Shown piece after piece: positions 13,809-28,156 of a stretch of DNA of 64,000 nt (positions are counted from its first letter, which is position 1; every line of letters begins with the position of its first letter). This stretch comes from Octopus vulgaris. Its lineage: Eukaryota. The translations under genes and the position numbers were made by a program. The notes under the pieces were generated by a model. The model saw only the letters and a list, made by a program, of their open reading frames with translations. It did not search any database and was not told where the DNA came from. The stretch lies in contig OX597814.1 of NCBI GenBank assembly GCA_951406725.2, positions 178,746,001-178,810,000 of the forward strand, in the 5' to 3' direction.

Positions 13809-14054
13809 TATCACGTCAGGTTGAAGATGAGAAGGATGGCTTCTCTTTGCAAATACTGATAGGGTACAGAAAGTGTGTCAATAGCCAGTTGGAGGAGGTA
13901 TCCGCCTGGGGCTACAAGCTACCCTTAAGGGGTAGCCACATTTAAACGGCATATATACTTCACGATGTCGTACAGCTACTGTGTATACCTCGCCCAGAGA
14001 TTTATTATTGCTTTTATATATATATATATATGTGTGTATATATATATATGTGTG

Positions 14055-14091
<37 letters not shown>

Positions 14092-14118
14092 TTATTTTTA
14101 TATATGCATATATATATA

Positions 14119-14174
<56 letters not shown>

Positions 14175-14583
14175 TATACACAAATGTTTTCAACTTTACT
14201 TATACCATATAAACAAATATTCCATTCTTACCTTATTTATTTACAAATTTCCTTTATCATCTCTATTTAATATCTACATTTATTACGCTAATTCTATTTA
14301 TCTACACTATCTTATCTCCAATCAACCAGGAATTCCCTCGCCTGAATGTATAAATATACAAATTATAAACAGTATAATTCAGTCCGCTATAATCAATCTA
14401 TAGACACATATAAAAACCCCAAGGGCATGTTTTATTATGCTCAGATCATATGAATTTAATACTTAATTAGATTCACTGTCTATTAATTGAAACAGGTGTA
14501 AGGATGATGTTTGTTTTTAGTAATGAATAATTATTGACTATCCAGTTTCCATTTCCTTTTTCTTCTTTTATATGAAGATAAAC

Positions 14584-14670
<87 letters not shown>

Positions 14671-16122
14671 AAATATATACATTATATGTTAAAGAAATTT
14701 ATTCCCACACAACATTAGGTATTCTACTAGTATCTCTTGGGATGAAACCATTCCTTCATGAGTTCATAGCAAACTCCAATTGAAATATATATATATGTGT
14801 GTGTGTGTGTGTGTATGTATATATATATATTTATATATATACAGAGAGACAGAGAGAGAGAGAATGAGAGAAATAGAAAGAGAGATAACAGTATGTACAA
14901 ATACACACACGCATATATTCATGCATGTGGGTATTTTTGAATGTGGTGTGCGTGTGGAAATGTGCTTATATTTATGGATGATGTTTTCAATATTGTTGAT
15001 ATACTTTGTTGTTAATATGTAAATATACTGCAAATAGTACATTAATTTGAGTTACATACCTTATGTAATCGAAGGAATTTTAGCGTATTCATCGCATAGA
15101 TGCCTGTGGCGTTTGATGAAATAATAATGTAAAGTAACAAAGATTAACTTAATTCAGTTATTCCACGTGCATTTACTTCCACTGTTCTAACTAACACATA
15201 TTGTATCTTTATATTCACAAGAAATCTATATTGAACAATATAACTTAATGCTCACATACAAAACAATTTACTGCATTACAGTTAATAATATTCTTACATG
15301 TTTACATCTATATCTCCTGAAGAACGCGAAATCTATACGATATATGCATGGATACAAACGTAAAAATCCAGACAATAGTTGAGCTTAGAGAATATTTTAT
15401 TTTAAGATGGAAGAAAGAGAAAATGTCATGGAAAACAGCCATTGCATGGAATACTAGTGTCCATACAAGTAGCCAACGGGTTGTGACAGGCATAGCTACC
15501 AGAAAAGTAAAGAGCCGAAACAGATGGCACAAAGCAACTCATCAGACATTTACAATTCTACACATCTACCTTTCCCTCATTGTATTTTGAAGCGACTCCC
15601 AAGAAATAAAAGCCAAATCTGGCTATCGTGACATTTGAACTCAGAACGAAACGTTTCTGAACACACCAGTCCATACTAATCGACGTTCGTATATCGGCAC
15701 CAAATATCTAACAATCACGGTTTAAGGAAGAAATATATTCGAGAATACGACAGTGAACGTTACAACATAATTTCACAAATAAATTTTCACTTTCAGAGTG
15801 TATTATGTATAACGTACCGGATGTTTAGCTCCAGTAACGAAAACGAAAAAACAAAAACATGAGAATACATAAATTCCGCAAATAAAATTTCTCAAATAAA
15901 CGAACGTCCTTGTGGCATTTATAGATAAATGTTTGTTGTGAAATGAAATTTGATTAAGTACGTTTCTGTATTTGTTTCTAACAAATATACAGCAGTTCAA
16001 AAAAGCAACAAGAAAAATACAAAACTATTCTAATCGAAAATTTTGCTGACAAAATGTAAAGCAATCATATATGAAAATTCAATAAGTATTTTTAGTATTT
16101 TGTTCAGCCGGTTCACATACAA

Positions 16123-16123
<1 letters not shown>

Positions 16124-16179
<56 letters not shown>

Positions 16180-16185
16180 CGTATG

Positions 16186-16252
<67 letters not shown>

Positions 16253-16260
16253 AAATATAT

Positions 16261-16295
<35 letters not shown>

Positions 16296-16300
16296 ATATA

Positions 16301-16345
<45 letters not shown>
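16124..16345. repeat. (TA)n-rich compound microsatellite
   Basis: Direct reading. Confidence 0.95.
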
Positions 16346-16346
<1 letters not shown>

Positions 16347-16917
16347 GCATACGCACGCACGCATATCTCTATATGTCTCTGTGTTTGTGAGTATTTAGGT
16401 TTATTAACCTCGAATTCTACGTTGTTGGAAAATAATAATAGGAAAGGCAAATAATAGTGCGAGATCAAACTAATGCATATGTTCGGAAATGGGGAGGTGG
16501 CTTTTAAGCAGTATAGATCGCAATGGAGGATATTGTCAACGAGGTTCCTATGCATAAGAGCCAGGAATGTAGATATTCTTTTTTGAACATTTCTATTGTT
16601 CTTCAGTTACCTCGATGACAATTTCCTTTATATTTTCTTTCTTTTATCTTCAGTATATTTATTCAAATGTCTGACAGTTCAGTATACTTATAAAAAGCGC
16701 ACAATAAAAAAAATATATATATTTGTATATAATTTCTTATTTTTATGCAGGTATCGTTTGGAAATATAGGAATTTTCAATAGCAACTCTGGGGAAAATCG
16801 AGAGCAACAGGAAATTGGAAAGGAAGAGAAAATCATTGAAAAATTTATTGTTTTCATATCAATATATTGACAAACATCTCGCAAATTTTATTTCACAATT
16901 TATCTAACCCGGGTTAA

Positions 16918-16992
<75 letters not shown>

Positions 16993-17040
16993 GCAACAAC
17001 AACAACAACTATAATAAAGGAACACCAAAATAATAATCAC

Positions 17041-17087
<47 letters not shown>
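16918..17087 (+). repeat. (TAA)n/(CAA)n microsatellite
   Basis: Direct reading; no retroelement insertion visible in this tract. Confidence 0.95.
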
Positions 17088-17089
<2 letters not shown>

Positions 17090-18920
17090 CACACCTACAT
17101 ATATATATACGTGATGCTATGTTTGGGAGTGGTTAGGCTTGTGGCTTTATGTGTGCTATGGAATCTCATTTCTTTTGCAAAATAATGGATATTTTAGTAA
17201 ATCTCAGTTTATTTAATTGACCGAAATTATCAGTATCTTCAACCAGCCAGTGAGTGAAAATGCGGGCACATCTAATCTCGCGAGAAAAATGTATATTTTC
17301 TAGGTGGCGCCCTTTTCCTTTTTCTATTATATATCAGCCTTATTGCTAAATGCCTACCTGTATAAAATTCTATGTTCTTTTTCTATCAAATCCCTCAACA
17401 GATTTTATTATTTGTTAAAATGTTCTCTTTACTGAAATTCATTTTTAAAAGTATGACAGTTTTGATATAGCACTCTAGTTTCTTCGTCACGTGTAACCTA
17501 CTCACAGGATTCGTTGCATTATATATATTTCCATACATCAACGGACAGAAAATTTGTCTGTCAGACTCATCCTTCGGCAGATTACCGAAGATATTTGCCC
17601 TACTTTGTATGGAATATTTTTTTTTTTTCATTTTGCTCTGCAATCTTGTCTCTGGAAAAATAAATGAACAAAAGAAAATGAAAGACTCGCTTTATTTGCA
17701 TCAAACCTTAATATGAAACGTTGCTTGCATAAAAAATAGTCTTGTCTGTATGATCACAAACACTGTTGGTAAAGATGAAAATTTGTTGCTTTTTCGTCGA
17801 CACTCAGCTTAACAAGGACTTTCTATATGTCATCTCTTAACACGCAGCTAGACAGTGTGTTTGCTCACAAGGAATAATACCGAGCACTTTGATTTTTGTA
17901 TATTTATGCAGTTACTTTTTCAACCCTCTCATTCAAGCTTTATTGTACTACCAAATACACGTCAGATAGAAATGCGATTTACTTATCAAATCACTGTCGT
18001 AATTTTTTTCTTTAATCATTGACCGCTGATCGTTACTTTATATTCAGCCTATTAATATTACATAAAGTGAACTAGAGAAGGCACTTTTCGTCACGTCTGC
18101 AAAGTTGATAGCGACGCTACAATTTGCAAACTTCCGATTGAAAGTTGTTCAAATTCGATATTTGATTTCTTTTCTTCACGTTCTAAATTTGATATTATCA
18201 AAGTTTTTGCTATGCTCTCCTTTGAATACTTAATTAATTTACTTTCATTTAATTACAATTCGCTATTAAAGTTATAAAAAATTTACATAAAAACACTTAC
18301 TCCTCTCAACTCTTTCACTCCTCTGAAATCAGGAAATCACTTTTACGAACTACAAGCTAAATATTCCCTTCCGGTATTTTGTATAACACTAATGAAAGAG
18401 ATATTTTCTTGGTTGAATCAGTTTCTTTGATGATACTAGACATATATATTTTTACTTTTGTACTGATACAGCCTTTATTCTATAAACTAATGCATTTGGA
18501 ACCACAGAAATATGTGGGATGATTAACTGAATAATTAATGTGTATTTAATTATGTTGTTATCAATCAAATTGTTTTGGTGCTGTTTCTTTTACAAGGAGA
18601 TTTAAAAGCCTGATCAGATGCGGACATCAAAGATGAATGTCGAATCAATGTGCATGGCTAAAACAAAATATTAAAAAAGGAGAAATTAAAATACATGAAA
18701 TTTGCATTGAAATAGCGAAATTTTAGTTACACAGTAACTAAAATCAATGTTACTTCAGAATTTGTTAATATAGTCCCACATTAATAGTTAATAGACAAAG
18801 ATGTATTTACACATATATAAACCTATTAGTAACTGTATCTTCCCTTATATTTGCGTATGTGAGAGAGTGCGTAGGTTTGTACATACGTAAGTACACGCAC
18901 ACATATATACATGCATACAA

Positions 18921-18965
<45 letters not shown>

Positions 18966-21900
18966 TACACGCAAACGCACACATGCACACAAACTTACAC
19001 ATATATACATATATTGCATGCGTGGGTATATGTACATATTTTACGTGTGTATATGTAACTTAATCTGCACTATCATTATCATATGAGAAGGCATTTGGTT
19101 AAAGATCTAAGTGCTCACATATTGATGGAGATATAGAGCATATAGCGTAATGGCGTCATACCGTTATTGATCTAGTTCGTCACAATATTTTCAGTTATAC
19201 ATCTGCACTGACATTCAGAAATGCGGTTATACATATGTACTGCAATAATAGGATTTCGTTATTGATTTTTACTTTCTTATCGGGATTCCTTTGCAATGTT
19301 TTTCTGTCATATTGGAATTCTGTCATATATTTTCACCATCATACAGAAATATATTCAGTGACATCCACCTTATCGTTAGAATTCCACTTATGAGACAGGA
19401 CAAAAATATAACCTTTTACAGGCATCACGCTGGAGGGACAGTCATTATTGATTTAGTAGGTTGCTGCATTACATTTTAGTATTGTCTGAAGCTACCGGTC
19501 AAATACAATGAGGTGCAATTAACATTCTTGGGCCAATGTCATTTTTTAGATAAAGTTCACTATCGATACAAATATATTTTTCTTCCAGACAGTGCATGCG
19601 TTTTGCCATCGTTATCTAACATGCTAGAAACAGCAGCTGAATTATAAAATTAACTTACTACCTAAAAATGAAGTTTTCACATTGGAGAATCTAGTATTGC
19701 ATATTTGAAACAGACGGTCAGAACACGGCTAAAATGCTACTCATTATAGTCTATACTTGACCAGGACTAATTCGTATATGATTCCTTCTATATAAATATA
19801 ATCTTTTTTCTAAATTATTGAATATATAGTGCTCGAATCAGTGATATTAATCACAGTATATCAAAGATTGCTCTTGTGGGTATTTAAAACAAATATTAAA
19901 ACTTTTATCACTTATCTCACTCCATTTTGCTAATTTAAAATCTCAGGTTATTAAATAGGACATTTCCGAAGAATGTTGAGAGTGTTAATACACTTAGCTC
20001 TGGAATCTAAATATTACTTTGTAAAAATTTCCCTACAAAATTAAACATTGTTGTTCAACGTCCACACTTAATTAAACCAATATTTACAAATACTTTCTAG
20101 ATAATTTTTATTAAATTTAAAATTTAAATAGTATTTCAATTTATTAGTGCAAACTGAAATTTATCATCCAAAAAATTTATATAAATGCGAAGATATTTTA
20201 AAGAGGTAAGTTCACATTCTAGTTACCACATGATTAACAAGCTACTATCCGGTACGAAAGATAAATGCTAGTTTAATCGAAATTGAAGTAATCTAATTCA
20301 CAACACATTGACTGAGTTTCCAATTATACTATTCAGAAATATATGAATGATGAAATTTTCTTCTATGAAAATCATGATGATATAATCAGCTAGTAAAAAG
20401 AATTTGACTGTGCGCTATATCAGTTATATTTTTGTGTTTGAATCTAATTAACTTTAACTAACACACATGACTTATATTCCAGCTTTATATCCACACTATT
20501 GGGTATTTCTGATAACCTATTGTTATCTGAGTAGGGCGATATTTCCCTTTAGAATAAACAATTTTCTATAATTAAATAAGAGGTTACAAAGAACCTTTGA
20601 TATGCATCATGCATTCGTCCTACATCCTATATTGATTAATGCAATATTTCTAAAATTCTTACTGAGGAAAGATATTTTTAGTGAATAGTCAGACGATAAA
20701 ATCCGTTTATAAGTATGATATGTTTCCTATTTTTAGATGTTGCAGAAGTGGAACTCTTACTTGGTTGACATTTCCAACAGCACAATTATCAGCAGATTAT
20801 TTTCGAAAATATTTATATGCTGTTTTATTCTTGTTATGTGACAAAGAAATAAATCTGTTGTTATGACACTTAGTAAACTATATTCCACATGTCTACAGAA
20901 GTTCAAATAACATTAGTAGTCATACCATTCAATACTGTTTAGTAAAAGTTACTGAAATGTATAGTATTTGTTTTTGTTTTTATTGACATTGCGGTACAAG
21001 TTAGCGGTATAATACGTTTTTGTACCTTTATGCGTATTGCGTATATAAATAAGGGTGGATCAAATCAGTAAATCGTACTTTTACTTCAGATAAGTGTTTC
21101 AAATATCATAAAAAACAAACTAATTTGTGTGTAGGTATCTATATCCATCTTTCTTTCCCCTTCTCTCACCTCTCTCCCTTTCCCTCAAATATCTGGCCTT
21201 CTCTCCTCTCCTCTCTCTTTTCCCCTCCGCTCTCTGTCTCCCACTCTCTCTCTTTCTCTCTCTCTCTGTATAAACTTACATAGATAATAAATTTTATATA
21301 TATAGCTGAAGGATTAAAATTAATCAAAGGACATATTAAGTACGTCTACCTGCTGGAAATAACAGTCAAAGCTATTATCTAAATCGCCAAAACACACTGA
21401 TAATAACTACAGAAATCAACCGTCCGAAGGCAAACATGCTAAAATAATCTCTCAGCATTCATTCATTCATGTATGTGAACTCTGCTTCCAGTAAATGTTC
21501 GTGGCAAAGTGAAAGTAATATCTAACTTGTTATATAACCAATAGCCGTGTATTTTCGATGTTTCATTTTGTATTTAAAAAACAACAAAAAAACAAAAACA
21601 AGTGATTAATTGTTAAGTTTCAGTCTGTAAGCTAGATAAGTGCAAAGCACGCAAATATTTATGGATACGTTGAATTTATTAATTCCCTTACTGTGTTCAT
21701 GTAACTTTACGAAATGATATTTTGATATGTGAATTGCAAAAGAAATTGTGGCAATTCAATAAGATATTCTACTCTTAATAATTTGAATGAATTCATAACT
21801 TAGATTAAATATCTTTTTAAGAAGGATATAGGGAAGGAGTTTGGGTGATTTTAAATATATTTGCTTGAAAAAATGCCATAGCTATCTCGTATTAAATGCA

Positions 21901-22441
21901 GAAAAAATATTTTCAAATAGTAGAAAATTTAAAAGCATAAAACTGAAAAAAATATTAATAAAACTTTATATTTCAAAGTAGTCAGGAAGAATAATAGTAA
22001 AGCACATAATGTTATTTTACTTGTGTCAGAGGTCTTAGTCGATAATTGTTAAAAATATACATTTGGCAGAGATTATTCACGCGAACAGATTGCCATGAAG
22101 ACAAATTTAACTTCTATTTGTGATTTTAATATATTATTTCAATATTAGCCAAACAAAGATTAACATTCGGAAATAAGTTTTTGGCAACGAGTTACAACTG
22201 AGGGAAAAGTATGTTTTAGGCTAATATTAAGAACACGCATTAATATATCACGTACGTCATAGAGGTGGAAGCAATTTTTCATCTATGTGGTTCTGGGTTC
22301 TATAATACTGTACGCCAGATGGTTAAGTTGCTCTTATTATATAATCAGGCTGACACAATTATTATTAGTAAACGCCGGTCGACGGAAGCCCTACGGATGT
22401 GTACATACACAGACGCACACTTATACAGGCCCATACACATA

Positions 22442-22479
<38 letters not shown>

Positions 22480-22560
22480 GATGTAATATTATTCCAAACT
22501 TACATGGAAGAATTCAATTTAGAATTACTAAATCAAATTTCACAAAATATAATGTATATG

Positions 22561-22878
22561 TATAAATTAGAAAAAAAACCACCTTTTATCGATTCATTAA
22601 TGAAAAATTAAATTATACCATTTAGAAAAATTACATATTATAGAAAGATTAAATATAAGATAAAACATAACAATGATTAAGTAATGTGTAAATAATAAAT
22701 AAATAATAAATAAAGCGTATATAAAACCAAATATATACGTTTTATTTATTATTTTTCACATTACTTAATCATCGTTATATGTTTTATCTTATATTTAATC
22801 TTTCTATAACATGTATTTTTTCTAAATGGTATAATTTCATTTTTCATTATTGAATTGCTAAAAGGTGGTTGTTTCTAA

Positions 22879-22884
<6 letters not shown>
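22561..22884. repeat. Long AT-rich inverted repeat (arms ~150-160 bp, 8-nt loop) between (TA)n tracts
   Basis: 22561-22723 is the imperfect reverse complement of 22732-22884; loop aaaccaaa. Confidence 0.88.
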
Positions 22885-22962
<78 letters not shown>

Positions 22963-23272
22963 TGTATGTATGTATGTATGTATATATAAGCACATATAGT
23001 TACACATGCACTTGTATATATTTCGCATATAGGTATAGGCATACATATAAACTATGTATTAATACAATTATCCATGTTCATGTAAACAGTTTTGTAGTAC
23101 CTCGGACCTACTTTTTAATGAGATGGATCATATGTGAACAGTAATATCCTGATAAGAGTCAAGAGATGTACTTTCTTCTCGACTTAGAATAAAAATTAAA
23201 TAATAAACAACCTGAAATAAATAACTAAAGTACCCGACGTCTGAAATTTATTACGTTATTGTCTATGTCAGA

Positions 23273-23305
23273 AACTAGCAATGCATCCCAGCGTTGCCCG
23301 AGTGT
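23273..23305 (+). mobile_element. Possible Helentron/Helitron-type non-autonomous element terminus
   Basis: aACTAGCaatgcatCCCAGCGTTGCCCGAG resembles the recalled ACTAGC..CCCGGCGTTGCCCGGG terminus of such elements; other end not identified. Confidence 0.3.
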
Positions 23306-23725
23306 TATCACATAAAATATTGTGCTGTTTGTTATTTTTCTTATGGGCAGAATTGGCACAGCTGATATCTAGTGAACTGGATTAATGACGTAGTGGATGG
23401 TATTGTTTTCTTGCATTGATTTTGCATGAAACTGCTTTCAGTATCTAAGAAGGGTCACAGACTATGCATTGTCTCATCTTATAAAACGGAGTTAATACGA
23501 CTTTCCCCAGAAATCACATTTTCTGAAAGAGAGGAGAAAATGAAAACGTGACATTTGCTTTGAAGTGAGTGCAGAAAGTGAAAGAGATGAGAAAGTGCAA
23601 GACTATGTACGTGTATATGAATTGGACGTGTGCATGTATGTGTGTGTACATGTGGGAGTGGGCGTTAGAGAGAGTGAGTGAATGAATGTGTGTGTTGTCA
23701 TATATATATTTGTAAGTGGAACTCA

Positions 23726-23758
<33 letters not shown>

Positions 23759-24412
23759 ACACATATTATATTTCATATACACGTATATAAATACATAGGC
23801 ATACATCACTTTGGATGTATGTGAGAGTGTAAGTGTGCATGTGAGTTACTATTTCCTCATAACATGTGAAGAAACGGATGTCTTTCAATTAAATAATTTT
23901 GGTTGTGGCTTATTTTAATACAATACTTATGTGTACATTTTCATAAGTATTTGTCTGAGTAGAATTATACGCATGCATCGAACATCGGGAAAAAGTGAAG
24001 CATCAGATGCAAATCGAAATATTGCCCGAAAATGAACTGAAAATTGTGCGAACCAACCTCGATTCCAGGGTTATTTTAGTAGTAAAAACTAGTTGTTGTG
24101 CGCAAAACACAGCTTATTTGGGTGATAGATGATAAGCAGCTTTCGTTATGATAGTACAGATGTAACTAATTCGGAGAAATATTACATGATTCACACGTCA
24201 TCACTCTCGTAATACAACACTTCGTTATTTTGGTTCAAACTTTTGGCTCACATTGAAAGTGTAAAACTATTTCAAATTTCAAACGAAACCTGGTCGTTGT
24301 AGAGCAGTGCATTTCAAATAGCTATAGCAGGTTGTTGAGATAAGTTAGAGAATATATAAATGAAAATAATATTTATTTGGTATCCGAAAGATTACTGAAT
24401 TTTTGATGCCCC

Positions 24413-24476
24413 ATACGTCAAAATCAGCAACTCAGTTTTCGAATGCATAAGAAACACACGCATGCACACATACATA

Positions 24477-24518
<42 letters not shown>

Positions 24519-24611
24519 AGAGAGTTTGTGTATGTATGTATGTGTCTGTGTATGTGTGTGTGCATGCGTATGTTTCTTATGCATTCGAAAACTGAGTTGC
24601 TGATTTTGACG

Positions 24612-24614
<3 letters not shown>
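24413..24614. repeat. Inverted repeat (~65-bp arms) spanning a microsatellite
   Basis: atacgtcaaaatcagcaactcagttttcgaatgcataagaaaca.. (24413-24477) versus its reverse complement at ~24550-24614. Confidence 0.9.
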
Positions 24615-24646
<32 letters not shown>

Positions 24647-24647
24647 G

Positions 24648-25052
<405 letters not shown>

Positions 25053-25067
25053 ATATATATATATATG

Positions 25068-25114
<47 letters not shown>

Positions 25115-25116
25115 CA

Positions 25117-25510
25117 GCTATTATTAGAGCGACGACAGAACAGAATGGTCACTGCGCCTGACAAAATGCTTACCGTTATTTCGTCTGCCGTTAAGTTCTG
25201 AGTTCAAACTCCACCGAGGTCGACTTTGCCTTTAATCTTTTCGGGGTCGATTAAATAAGTACTAATTACGCACTGGGGTTGATATAATCGACTTAATCTG
25301 TTTGTCCGTTCTTGTTTGTCCCTCTGTGCTTAGCCCCTTGTGGGTAATAACGAAATATGTATTTCTTCCTGCTTTACGTTCTGCTTTCAAATTCCTTGGA
25401 AAATAACATTTTCTTTGATCTTTTGGGATCAATGAATTAAGTATCAGTCAAACAATTAATCCAATACCTCCCTTTCCCAAATCTCAGACCTGTGGTTATA
25501 TTAGAAAGGA
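25117..25510 (+). mobile_element. SINE A1 nested in an older family-A SINE
   Basis: Young A1 body ~25175-25364 ends GAAATATGTATTT and continues into the decayed cttcctgctttacgttctg.. of an older copy; more decayed family-A copies follow at ~25527-25730 and ~25760-25930. Confidence 0.75.
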
Positions 25511-25933
25511 TTATTACTACTATCATTAAGGCGGCGAGATGGCAGAATACTAGTGTGTCGGTCAAAATACATAGCTTCATTTCTTCCAAATCTATTTTTA
25601 GTTTAAATGCAACGTAGGTCATGTTTGCTTCTCGTTTTTCAGCGTTAATAAAATAACCAGTTGGGCACTGTTAGCAATTTATCCCCTCCACTAAAATTTT
25701 AGAATTTGTGTCTTTGATGGAAAGAATTGTAACAGCTATCGCTGATAATATAGTCTAGCGGATTTGGAGGGTAGGCAGTGAATGGGGTTTTATGTTTTTG
25801 TGTTTTGAGTTCAAATTCCATTCAAAACAGGAGATAGCTTTTTTTATCATTTCGCGACTAATTAAATAAAGTACCTGTCAAGTAATGAATTCAAAATAAT
25901 TGATAGTTTCCTTCTCCAAAATTTGAAACTATG

Positions 25934-26153
25934 TTTGCTCTTTTGCTCTTTTGCTTGTTTCAGTCATTTGACTGTGGCCATGCTGGAGCACCACCTTTAG
26001 TCGAGCAAATCGACCCCAGGACTTATTCTTTGTAAGCCTAGTACTTATTCTATCGGTCTCTTTTGCCGAACCGCTAAGTCACTGGGACGTGAACACACCA
26101 GCATCGGTTGTCAAGTGATGTTGGGGGGACAAACACAGACACACAAACATATT

Positions 26154-26189
<36 letters not shown>

Positions 26190-26350
26190 ACGGGCTTCTT
26201 TCAGTTTCCGTCTACCAAATCCACTCACAAGACTTTGGTCGGCCCACGGCTATAGTAGAAGACTCTTGCCCAAGGTGCCACGCAGTGGGACTGAACCCGG
26301 AACCATGTGGTTGGTAAGCAAGCTATTTACCACACAGCCACTCCTACACC
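25934..26350 (-). mobile_element. SINE family B, full length
   Basis: Reverse complement of the 4073-4566 copy, with internal (CA)/(TA) microsatellite and repeated tail unit. Confidence 0.88.
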
Positions 26351-26772
26351 CTGTGTAAGAAATCTAAACTAATATTGTTAAATGGCGGTGAATTGGATGA
26401 ATCTATAGTTAGTCTGATATGAAATATTTTCAATTCTTAGTGGAGCGGACTTAGCCTTCCACCATCCAGAGGATGGTTATACAAAATGTTAGACATGTGC
26501 AGGGGTGAGTATAATAGAGTCAATCTCCCTATCAAATTGAAGGTCTTGTCCATATGTAAAAATTCAAAATCAATATTGTTATCATTTTTCTTACAATTGT
26601 ATATTAGGCTGGTAGAAAAACGTATAACACCGCATGCTACATTGACATACTTGCACCTTCTCATTACCAGCTTATTTAGTTATGTATATTTAGAAAATAT
26701 CCTCTATAGCTTGAAGCATACGTAGGTAATTACTAAACAGTATCTAGTCTCTTGCTCTACTGATGCTCACAC

Positions 26773-26881
<109 letters not shown>

Positions 26882-28081
26882 CATGCATGTATGTATGTAT
26901 GTATATACGTATGTATGTATATATGTATGTGTGTGTATGCATAGATACACGTAATTATAAATTGATTATTTATATTGCTGTCTAATGTCTCCTACAAATT
27001 ATCTATGTATATTCTATTAGTAATGCGATATATGTAGTCATTAATAGGCACCCCGATGTTTTGATCTATTCTTTGTAATTATGACACGTTTCTACTTTTG
27101 TATCTAGTACCGTAACTATATATGCTATATCTGGCGTATGAATATGTGTTAAATGTTTTCATGGTTACTGTGGTATATTTAATGTTTCGATGAATATCGA
27201 AATTTATTTGAAATCATTTTAAGAGTACATGCTTAATTTTGACTATCTCTAGCTATCTATGATTGATTTGGTCTTCATGGTAATAATCGAAAGAATTTTG
27301 AATCATCCTGTTAAAAACAATTGACATTAATTAAGGTACATATAGTCTGTGTGATTTTAAGTACTACATCATAGTCAGCAAGGAAAGGTATAACCGCTTA
27401 TGTCAATGGGATACATTGAGAAAAAAGGGCTAAAACAGTAAGAGAAAGGTTTTGCAGTGTTTATTATGGTATACATTTCTGGTAGTGATGGCTATTCTGA
27501 AGTGGAAACATAATAAAAAGTAAAACAGCAGACTAAGGTAAAATTATATTGTTTTATTTTTTTTTTCTGATTGTACGAGATGAGAAACAATGATTTATTA
27601 GATAGATGGACACTTGGAATTGTTTCAAGATATCTTTGTCATATCTTTCATATGAATTCTGCCTTTTCTTGCGCCAACTATCAGTATTTAATACGAAAAA
27701 CGGATTTGGAAATATTTATCTTGCTTCAAGAACTTCTAGATTACGTGGTGGGGATCGATTGACATCTGAACGAAGTATGAAATAAAGAAAGTTGTATTAC
27801 TAGCTGTAGTAATACTAATAACAGCTACAGCAGCAGCTATATCGTCGTCGTCGTCATCACCATCATCATCATCATCATTATAATCATTATCATTATTATT
27901 ACTAGTAGTAGTAGTAATAGTAGTAGATTTACTAACAATAACAATAATACAAACAATTGAAGTATTGTAGTAATATATATATACATACATCTGCATATGT
28001 ATATATATATATATATTTGTGTATATATATATATATATATGTATGTATGCATACACACACATAACCACACACACACACACT

Positions 28082-28156
<75 letters not shown>

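Larger units (their letters stand above)
13370..14013. mobile_element. Foldback element with nested inverted repeats, probably Penelope-like pseudo-LTRs, inserted in (TA)n
   Basis: 13370-13593 is the reverse complement of 13756-13966; 13689-13754 is the reverse complement of 13948-14013; each long arm carries a minimal hammerhead motif; (TA)n on both flanks. Confidence 0.7.

Noticed and set aside
14440-14790. GAAACAGGTGTA (14488) and minus-strand CTCATGA..ACTAGTA (14.72-14.77 kb) hammerhead-like fragments
   Set aside because: Helix I or the first core box cannot be built; too degenerate to call.
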